DNA of 64,000 nt from Eledone cirrhosa (Eukaryota). The DNA lies in assembly GCA_964016885.1 (NCBI GenBank), contig OZ024742.1, positions 265,856,001-265,920,000 of the forward strand, given 5' to 3'. A program made the position numbers and the translations under genes. The notes under the pieces are model-generated. The model saw only the letters and a list, made by a program, of their open reading frames with translations, was not told where the DNA came from and ran no database searches. Positions 41,474-51,454 of the stretch are shown here, in pieces; positions within the stretch are counted from its first letter, which is position 1, and each line of letters opens with the position of its first letter.

Positions 41474-41940
41474 CAGGGAGTGTAAATACAGAAAATATCC
41501 TAAAAAATATATAAAAAATATAGATTCCAAAAAATTCACTGTACTTACTATATGTGCCCTTACGGTGATTTCAGATCCCAAACAAATCGATAAACCAAGC
41601 GGATTTCTATTGAGAAAGAGATCCTCGTCAGAAGGCTTTTCTCTCTCGGAGAATATAAAATTCCCGAGTTCAAATTACAAACTGGCGCCATACAAAACTG
41701 CCTCAGAATGACAATAAATGAATGATGAAACACATATAGTAAGTACAGTAAATGCTTGGAATCTATATTTTTATATATTTTTTAGGATATTTTCTCTGTT
41801 TACACTCCCTGATTTTATAGGTTCTGGCTTGTTAATTTATTAACTTGCCATTCAACTACATTAGCATACGGTCGGACTATACTTATGTCCCTATGTGTGT
41901 GTATTAATTACATGTAGGAACATATACCTTTAATAAATAT
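41467..41940. mobile_element. Small non-coding element with ~90-bp inverted repeats enclosing a hammerhead
   Basis: 41467-41556 is inverted relative to 41731-41820; flanked by (TA)n. Confidence 0.75.
41556..41636 (-). ncRNA. Type I hammerhead ribozyme with intact core
   Basis: GCCUU CUGACGA GGAUCUC-(~38 nt)-GGGAUCU GAAA UCACCG UA|AGGGC: 5-bp stem I, 7-bp stem II, minimal stem III, GUA triplet. Confidence 0.75.
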
Positions 41941-41954
41941 ATATATATATATTT

Positions 41955-42552
41955 ATATATGAAAAAATGGGGAGAAGAATACTGCAGGTTGCACATGGAT
42001 AACATGTTATAAAATGAGTCCCTCATCAGTGATTTGCCAACGATCATAGATATTTCATTACATTAAAAATCATATACCTCACGTTGGTGCAATAATAACT
42101 AAATTAAGTTATTAGGACAATTAAAACGCGTAAAGCGAGTGAGACAAGTAAACAACAAAGAGGAAAGCTAACCGTAGATAGGAAGGGTACAAGCTACATA
42201 GTTATTCTGTCAGCTTAAGCTGGGTGAATATATGAGCGCGTAGAAAAAAGACCTTTCGAGATGAATCCAAATGTAAGAAAGAAGGAAATTGTATTCGTCG
42301 CGAACGGGTGAAGTGAGAAGGGGAGAAACAGTGAGTGAGTGAGTGGAAGTGTGAGGAAGAGGTCAGTAGAGAGAAAGTGTTAACTGACATGACAGAGGGG
42401 GCAAAAGAAAGTAAGAGAAACAGTGAGAACGAGGGAGCAGTAAGAGAGAGAGAGAGAAAAAAACAGAATCGCAGTTTAGGTAAATATATGTGAAAAAATG
42501 GGGAGAAGAATACTGCAGGTTGCACATGGATAACACGTTATAAAATGAGTCC
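41955..42552 (-). mobile_element. ~531-nt non-coding unit with terminal direct repeat and a degenerate HHR core
   Basis: GAAAAAATGGGGAGAAGAATACTGCAGGTTGCACATGGATAACA.GTTATAAAATGAGTCC at 41961 and 42492; CUGAUGAG on the minus strand at 42029-42022; (TA)n both sides. Confidence 0.6.
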
Positions 42553-42799
42553 ATATATATATATATACACACAGTCGTGACTGTTTAAGAGGATACCATT
42601 CTAGTTTGTTTCACAGCCTTTGTCAACTGATAGATTGCCTAATGAGGTATTTACTCCAACAGCCAAACTCGTTTTAGAATTGTTCGTTATATTCTGAGTA
42701 AAATTTATATGTAAACAAATGACCACCCAACATTTATATTCAAACAGAAGACCACACAACATGTATATATAAGCAGATAGCCATTCCACTTCTATATTT

Positions 42800-45290
42800 A
42801 AAAAGATGGACTCTTACTAATGAGATCCAAACAGATGTCCTCTTAACATTCATATCTAAACAGATTACCTCTTAACATTCGTATTTAAACAGATGTCCTC
42901 TGAACATTCGTATATAAAAAGATATCCTCTTAACATTCATATTTAAACAGATGTCCTTTGAACATTAATATTTAAACAGATGTGCTTTTAACATTCATAT
43001 TTAAACAGATGTCCGCTTACCATTCGTATTTAAACAGATGACCTGTTAACATTCATATTTAAACAAATGTCCTCTTAACATTCATATTTAAACAGATGTC
43101 CTCTTAACATTCTTATTTAAACGGATATCCTCTTAACATTCATATTTAAACAGATGTCCGCTTAACATTCATATTTAAACAGATGTCCTCTTAACATTCA
43201 TATTTAAACAAAACTTCTCTCAACATTCATATTTAAACAGATGTCCGCTTACCATTCGTATTTAAACAGATGACCTGTTAACATTCATATTTAAACAAAT
43301 GTCCTCTTAACATTCATATTTAAACAGATGTCCTCTTAACATTCATATTAAAACAGATGTCCTCTTAACATTCATATTTAAACAGATGTCATCTTAACTT
43401 TCATATTTAAACAGATGTCCTCTTAACATTCATATTAAAACAGATGACCTCGTAACATTCATATTAAAACGGATGTCCTCTTAACATTCATATTTAAACA
43501 GATGTCCGCTTAACATTCATATTTAAACAGATCTCCGCTTAACATTCATATTTAAACAAAACTTCTCTCAACTTTCATATTTAAACAGGTGTACTCTTAA
43601 CATTCATATTTAAACAGATGTCCTCTGAACATTAATATTTAAACATATGTCCTTTAAACATTAATATTTAAACAGATGTCCTCTTGACATTCATATTTAA
43701 ACAAATCTTCTCTCAACATTCATATTAAAACAGATGTCCTTTTAACATTCATATTTAAACAGATGTCCTCTTAACATTCATATTGAAACAGATGTCCTTT
43801 TAACATTCATATTTAAACAGATGTCCTCTTAACATTCATATTTAAACGGATGTCCTCTTAACATTCATATTTAAACAGATGTCCGCTTAACATTCATATT
43901 TAAACAGATGTCCGCTTAACATTCATATTTAAACAGATGTCCGCTTAACATTCATATTTAAACAGATGTCCGCTTAACATTCATATTTAAACAAAACTTC
44001 TCTCAACATTCATATTAAAACAGATGTCCTTTTAACATTCATATTTAAACAGATGTCCTCTTAACATTCATATTGAAACAGATGTCCTTTTAACATTCAT
44101 ATTTAAACAGGTGTCCTCTTAACATTCATATTTAAACGGATGTCCTCTTAACATTCATATTTAAACAGATGTCCGCTTAACATTCATATTTAAACAGATG
44201 TCCGCTTAACATTCATATTTAAACAGATGTCCTCTTAACATTCATATTTAAATAGATGCCCTCTTAACATTCATATTTAAACAGATGTCCTCTTAACATT
44301 CATATTTAAACAAAATTTCTCTCAACATTCGTATTTAAACAGATGTCCTCTTAACATTCGTAACATTTGTTTCACAGCCTTTGTCAACTGATAGATTGCC
44401 TAATGAGGTATTTACTCCAACAGCCAAACTCGTTTTAGAATTGTTCGTTATATTCTGAGTAACATTTATATGTAAACAAATGACCACCCAACATTTATAT
44501 TCAAACAGAAGACCACACAACATGTATATATAAGCAGATAGCCATTCCACTTCTATGTTTAAACAGATGGACTCTTACTAATCTCTTAACATTCATATCT
44601 AAACAGATTACCTCTTAACATTTGTATTTAAACAGATGTCATCTGAACATTCGTATATAAAAAGATATCCCCTTAACATTCATATTTAAACAGATGTCCC
44701 CTGAACATTAATATTTAAACAGATGTGCTTTTAACATTCATATTTAAACAGATGTCCGCTTAACATTCGTATTTAAACAGATGACCTGTTAACATTCATA
44801 TTTAAACAAATGTCCTCTTAACATTCATATTTAAACAGATGTCCTCTTAACATTCTTATTTAAGCGGATGTCCTCTTAACATTCATATTTAAACAGATGT
44901 CCGCTTAACATTCATATTTAAACAGATGTCCTCTTAACATTCATATTTAAACAAAACTTCTCTCAACATTCATATTTAAACAGATGTCTGCTTAACATTC
45001 GTATTTAAACAGATGACCTGTTAACATTCATATTTAAACAAATGTCCTCTTAACATTCATATTTAAACAGATGTCCTCTTAACATTCTTATTTAAACGGA
45101 TGTCCTCTTAACATTCATATTTAAACAGATGTCCTCTTAACATTCATATTTAAACAGATGTCCTCTTAACATTCTTATTTAAACAGACGTCCTCGTAACA
45201 TTCATATGAAAACAGATGTCCTCTTAACTTTCATATTAAAACAGATGTCCTTTTAACATTGATATTAAAACAGATCTCCACTCCACATTA
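42800..45290. repeat. 29-bp satellite in two arrays separated by a duplicated unique leader
   Basis: Unit TTAACATTCATATTTAAACAGATGTCCTC; leader 42605-42820 repeated at 44366-44581 (period 1761). Confidence 0.97.
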
Positions 45291-46233
45291 ATATTATTAA
45301 TATTCAAACAGAGATATCGAAGGAAATCTAGTTTAGTTACCAAAAACGGAGATTTAAAGTATAGCATACACTATAGGTATGTACACAAATAGCTGTGTGT
45401 TGTGTGTATATAATGCAGTCTTTCTCTATTTCTATATAGACTACTTACAGATATAAATGAACGTATACATAAGTATGTTTGTATGTATACGTGCATGTAT
45501 ACGTGTATGTATGTATGTACATACATAAACATATATACACAAATATACATATATACACAAATACACATACATACACTAATAAACATTTATACACAAACAT
45601 ACGCATAATATATATCTATATATAAGGATATACATGCGTGTGTTTATGTTTGGTTGTTTGTGTTGTGTGGTTGTGTGTCTGTGTGTGTGTGCATGTATGT
45701 GTGTGTGTGTATGCATATGTGTGTATGTGTGTGTGTGTATGTGTGTGTCAATGTGTGCGCGCGCGCACGTGTGTGTGTGCATGTGTGTGTGTGTGCATGT
45801 GTGTGTGTATGTGAATGCATGTGTGTGTATGTGTGTGTGAGTGTGTTTGTGTGTATGTGTGTGTCAATGTGTGCGCGTATGTGTGTATGTGTGTGTCAAT
45901 GTGTGCGCGTATGTGTGCGTGTGTCGGTGACAACCTCTTAATCAATGGTGCTTCAAACGTACGTCTCTAATGATTGATAAGATTCGAGGAGATAAATATT
46001 AATGACTCGGTCGTTGGTCCTGTGAATAAGAGGAGAGTTTTGTCTGTTTATTTTTAAACTCCACGTCACTAGTCCGATATTAACTCTATGTAATAGTGCA
46101 TAAATGATGTTATATATAGCACAGATAGTGTACTGTTGGACACACGAAACATATACACACTTGTAAAGACAAATAATGTGTAAGTTTATTATATATATAC
46201 ATATTTCTTTATACGTAATGTATATATATATAA

Positions 46234-46271
<38 letters not shown>

Positions 46272-46479
46272 TATTTAGTTTTATTTCTGTATTGGTTCCA
46301 CTCATAAGTCTACGACCATACTGATGTTTCGCGTTGAAGATATTTAGTTGAATATCGTCCTCAGAATTTATTTTTTCATGTTTGCTATTTATTTTATCGA
46401 TCATTTTTTGTTGAACCACTAAGTTATGGTACGTTACCAAAAATTACATGTAAAAGCTAACATGAATAAGCATACATAT

Positions 46480-46635
46480 ATAGTCCCTGCTATACAGTTT
46501 CCGTCCACAAACATTCACTCAGAAGACATCCATCGACTCGATGCCACAGCAGTAGACATTGCCAAGGGGACACGCAGTAGGATTGAAACCGATACCACAT
46601 GTTTATGAGCGAGCTCCATAACCACACAGCCATGA
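46480..46635 (-). mobile_element. Diverged tRNA-headed SINE fragment (related piece at ~31600-31740)
   Basis: Minus strand TGGCTGTGTGGTTA...GGTTTCAATCCTACTGCGTGTCCCCTTGGCAATG. Confidence 0.5.
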
Positions 46636-46919
46636 TATATAGCTCATATGAAATGGAGCACTATATGTTATTTTATTAAGGCATTGGGAGAGCCTCTGTG
46701 TAGTTTATCAGGCTATTGTATTCTGTGTCTTTATCAAGGGAAAAACCAATTCGGGAAATTAGGGTGTAAGTGGCCGAATATCCTATAGTTACGTGTGCCC
46801 CATTATTATACATACATGATGGATGTAAACTCTGCTAAAGTATTGCAATCGCTTGTCAGATTACAGAAAATGGTGCACTTTTAGGCTACCGCCAGGAACC
46901 CCCCACCCCACACACATAC

Positions 46920-47065
46920 TCTTCGGTCGGGGCTGACCATGGGTAGTATCCTGTTGTCAGCTGGCTGGAGCAGCGTCTCCGGTGGCTAAGCAAACCTATA
47001 TGTGAGTGACAGTTTCTGTCACATACAGCACATCTGTATATGGTCTCTGGTCTGTTAGATTTATT
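46920..47065 (-). mobile_element. 3' end of an RTE/BovB-like LINE (terminal C2H2-type finger)
   Basis: YRCAVCDRNCHSHIGLLSHRRRCS, typical of the BovB-like ORF C-terminus. Confidence 0.7.
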
Positions 47066-47271
47066 CGATCGTTCCTCGAGTTGATTGGCAGTGAAACATA
47101 TGCAATATGTAACTAAATATGTATATGATGCACTACTGATTCTTTGTTCCCTATTTACCGCCTTAGAATGGAAATGTCTGGACAAACGTCTATGAAGCTT
47201 TTCTACTGAGAAACATAATCATCATTCTATAGTATATATATGGTATGATACCTTAATACACACACACACAT

Positions 47272-47358
<87 letters not shown>

Positions 47359-47362
<4 letters not shown>

Positions 47363-47554
47363 AAAAAGTATGACACCGACGGAAGAGCTCAAGCCGTTTC
47401 GACGGCTATTTCTGGACTAGTCCAGAAATAGCCGTCGAAACGGCTTGAGCTCTGCCGTCGGGTCATACTTTTTCCTATTTCCCACTCTACTACCCTAAGT
47501 ATTGAGTACTATGGTGCGTTATGGTCCATCTGGTTCCTTACCACAATTCCTTTG

Positions 47555-47558
<4 letters not shown>
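47359..47558. mobile_element. Palindromic pLTR-like fragment of two back-to-back hammerhead 3' halves
   Basis: ~60-bp arms centred on GGACT|AGTCC (47418/47419); right arm AGCCGTC GAAA CGGC TTGAGCTCT GCCG TC GGGTC; within (TA)n. Confidence 0.75.
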
Positions 47559-47603
<45 letters not shown>

Positions 47604-47743
47604 GGTGAGTTGATAATACGACCATATAAAAGCTAAGATAATGTTAAAGTTCAATATGATAGATAATAAACAGTAAATTCCGAATCACAGTAGTGTTATA
47701 ATTTCATAGAGCATATCTATAAAAACGGAGGTTTAAGTAAGAA

Positions 47744-47993
47744 TTATTATTAAAGCATTTAAAGGATTTACGAACCCTTCGTTAGACTAACTCCACAGAA
47801 TCAATCAAATACAATTAAGTACCTTACACGTTTTAAAGTCTCAGCCTGTTTTTTTTCTTTCACTGGGACTTTAAAACATGTAAGGTATTTATTTGTATCT
47901 GTTGATTCTAAGGAATTATTCTTACAGGAATGAATATTTATTCTTGTTAGTCTAACGAATCATTCGTAAATCCAGTAAATAGTTTAATAATAA
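47744..47993. repeat. Imperfect ~250-bp fold-back palindrome
   Basis: TTATTATTAAA...GGATTTACGAA...TTCGTTAGACTAAC vs GTTAGTCTAACGAA...TTCGTAAATCC...TTTAATAATAA; inner TACCTTACACGTTTTAAAGTC vs GACTTTAAAACATGTAAGGTA. Confidence 0.85.
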
Positions 47994-48034
47994 ACACTGT
48001 GTCATTTTTCGTTTATATATATATGTGTGTGTGT

Positions 48035-48102
<68 letters not shown>

Positions 48103-48333
48103 TTAGAGGAATGGTCATGATAGTCTCTGGCTCATTACAGTTCATCTCAAATTGCTACTGACATCTAATAACATTTTGAACTTGAATTCAGTTGGTTTTG
48201 TCACGAATACAAGTATAAGTGTGCATGTGCATGTATGTATTTTAGTGCACTTACTCTTTTGTAATTGCTATGATTAATCATTTTTGTCCTTATCGTTTTT
48301 TGCTAGTAGTAGTAGTAGTAGTAGTAGTAGTAA

Positions 48334-48389
<56 letters not shown>

Positions 48390-49140
48390 TCTAAAATTAA
48401 ACATGCACTTGACATGAAGATATTTTGATTAACATTTAACCAATAACATAGTTCCCAGTCTCTGTTTTGTTTTACTAATTTATTTCTAATTCTATTTTTT
48501 TCTTCAATCACCATCAGTCATCAACCACCATTTACGATAAAAGTTAATTGATGCTGATTAAATGTCGATACAATATATAATATATAATATCTATATAAGG
48601 AGTTTGACAATAACAACTTGTACACGAACTAACTGGCTAATTATCTTAAAGAGGCAAAAATAGAATCGGTCATAGATAATAGCAGAAAAAAATAGGCTGA
48701 AATATCTAATTTAAAAGTAAGGATTGGCAATCTGCGACATAGCTGGTGATGTAGACCTACCACACGATGGGTACATGGTTCAGATCATGTCATTGGACCA
48801 AATTGGGGTTTATAATGTCTAACATATATTCCCCCGCCTATATCGTTTTCTTTTTACTCTATGATATAGTGTTTAAGCTGAAATAATCAGATCCTTTCAC
48901 TTTTCATTTGGTATAAATATTTTCTTTGTACAAACTTTACTGTGCATATATATTATCCAGCGTTTATTATTCGCGTTTGTTTAATTTGTCTAATCTCACT
49001 GCACGTTCAACTGGCTCTCTCTTCTTTTACTTTTCCCCCCGTTCTATTTGTGGAGTAGTTTACTTATAAGCGTGAATCTAATATAACTGTGTAATTTTGT
49101 TTCCAGTTTTTGTTTTGTTTCCTCTATTAATGATATATAT

Positions 49141-49643
49141 GGTCATCGAGCAAACCTTGTAAAGGCGGACACCACACACACACATATACATATGAATATG
49201 TGTGTGTATTTCATTATTATATTGTCCCAAACTCCCCTATGGTCGAATTAACCACGAGTGTATTAACTGCTTTTTCTAGCAAATACGTTATTCGTTCACT
49301 GTCTACCTTACTACCCTTCTCTGACCACTGTATCGTGTTTATCTCTCTCCTCGCCTCTCTAGAAATTCTCACTTGCTACGAAAGAAACAATCCTTTTTTT
49401 TTTACCACTGTATCATGTGTTAATCTCTCCCTCCGCCTATGAGACTTTCTCACTTGCTATAACGCGTCAAGAAACAGTCCTTTTTTCTGAGGGGTCTCTT
49501 GATAAACCGTAGCAACCTCACAGCGATGGTGCACTTTTAAAGTGTAGAAATCGGTGCACACGGATCGGCGAAACTGCAGTCGGGACTTTGAAGAAAAAGT
49601 AGGTATATTTTTGTCTATTATTTCCTCATAGTTTGTAATTTGA
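49141..49643 (+). mobile_element. Retrozyme-like non-coding element (permuted relative of 29374-30038)
   Basis: High similarity to the reverse complement of 29436-30000 with a different start point; flanked by (TA)n; contains a complete HHR. Confidence 0.78.
49494..49586 (+). ncRNA. Type I hammerhead variant (U3-A8 core, large stem II insertion, palindromic minimal stem III)
   Basis: GUCUC UUGAUAA ACCG-(~56 nt)-CGGC GAAA C UGCA G UC|GGGAC; predicted cleavage after C49581. Confidence 0.68.
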
Positions 49644-49678
49644 TATATATATATATATATATATTATAAAGAGTCGGG

Positions 49679-49770
49679 ACCCCGACGGTTGAGCTCTTTC
49701 CGATTCAACAGCTAGTTCCAGACTGATTACCGAAGGCCTTGACTGTTAACTGGCTGTATCATCAAGGGGT
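49679..49770 (-). ncRNA. Degenerate full-length type I hammerhead
   Basis: ACCCC UUGAUGA UACAGCCAGUU...AACUAGCUGUU GAAU CGG AAAGAGCUCAA CCG UC|GGGGU; all three stems pair, two core substitutions. Confidence 0.62.
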
Positions 49771-50149
49771 GTAGTTTGTCCAAATAAGGGCACACACTGT
49801 TTATTCAATTATAAATAATCTTCATATAGATGCTAATTTTTTTTTAATCAGGCTTAGTGAGTGTTTATATGTATATGTGCGTCTGTGTGCGCATCTGGGT
49901 GTATCTCCCTGGTCAACTTGAGATGGAATAATTATGTAGAGGAGGTCGAAGTATATTTATCGAGAAAATATATTAAGGTGAATGTGTGTATGTGTATGTC
50001 TGTTCCTAGGCTTGGTTATCGCGACCTTCAGATAACAGGTCTTGGGAATACTACTTTTATCCAGTTCCACATCGAGAATTACTATTACCACTCTTGGGGG
50101 TCGCAATAGATTACGTCTGGAATATAATACCCATTCGTAATCATGAAAT

Positions 50150-51300
50150 CGACATAATTCCACACGCTTGGAAGGCCGTCTGGCTTTTTGAAAACTTGGA
50201 TAAAAAGAGCCCTAGACTCACCCTTCGATGTTTGTATGGGAGCAACCGACTTTGCGGAGGTTACAGACCTGATAGGCCTGTACAAACTCCAGAAACTAAT
50301 AGAAAAGTTTCCTGCTCTGGGGTTTGGGGGGAGGTCTGTACCGGATACAACCCCAGTATTACAGGCCGGGTTCGCAAACATCTCATCAAGTTCTTCCGGG
50401 AATAAGGATTTAAGGTTACCTTACAGGCATCCCTCACCAACTTCTCGGAGAACCAATTGCACTCTCCTTTCCGGAAACCTGATGAAAACTTATATTACAT
50501 CCACCGATTCTCAAACTACCCAAAGAATATAACTAAAAATTTGGTATGATCTCCCTCCGTATATCACGCTTGTCTGCTAACGAGCAGATATTCAAGGAAC
50601 ATGCGCCGCACTACAACCATGCCCTTAAAAAGCAGATTTAAAGAAGAACTTACCTACTACCCAAGCCCTATTGCTCGCGCAACATAACGGGATTTAATCC
50701 TCCTCACAATGCTGAAGTCACCACACCAATTGCGAACATTTTCTTCAAACTTCTCAATAAACACTTCCCACCACACCATCGCTACCACAACATCAACAAA
50801 AACAATCAAACTTTCTTACATCACCACACCCAACATCGCACAAATTATCGCGTCCACAAACACTGCCGAATTCAATTCTAAAAGATTCCATTCTGACCTT
50901 AATAAGGAGGAATCCAGGAAATATAATTTCATGAATAAAACACATTGCTCTTTAAACAACAAATGCCGGCAACACAACCTCGTGCACAAGTGCAACGTCA
51001 CGATGGAACATACCAACAAAGCCTACATCGAATTAACCAACTGCGAATTCAAGGCAAGGTTTTATCAACATACCTTTAGAACCCGGCCCGGAGAAATGCT
51101 ACAACACTGTCTAGCCATATTTGGGATCTCGGTGACAACATCACCTATGAACTGAATAGGAGCTCCTTGTCCAAAACCAAATAGGATACAGGAGGAGTCT
51201 GTCCGTGCAATTTGTGCTCTGAGGAGACAATCCAAATGTTGTTCGCCAAGGAACAATAATTAAACACCGGATTTACAAAACAATTGCTTGCGGACAGCCT
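50150..51300 (+). pseudogene. Decayed Penelope-like element (different lineage from the Neptune copy)
   Basis: FDVCMGATDFAEVTDLIGLY (cf. MGSYDGAE.C.LVGLY), PFRKPDENLYYIHRFSNYP, CSLNNKCRQHNLVHKCNV...YIELTNCEFKARFYQH (GIY-YIG remnant). Confidence 0.75.
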
Positions 51301-51454
51301 CCATGACCCCACTAGAAACACACATAGGTACCCTAGATAAAAGTAGGCCCATTACATTGAATAATAAATAGTTGTCACTTTGTTAATAGATATATTTTCC
51401 ATTCGGTGAACTTGGACTATTTTTTGATTGGGAATCTTCTGCTAGATCTGACGC

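Noticed and set aside
42800-45290. CRISPR-like appearance of regular ~29-bp repeats
   Set aside because: Monomers are head-to-tail with no unique spacers, no cas genes, eukaryotic context: a satellite.
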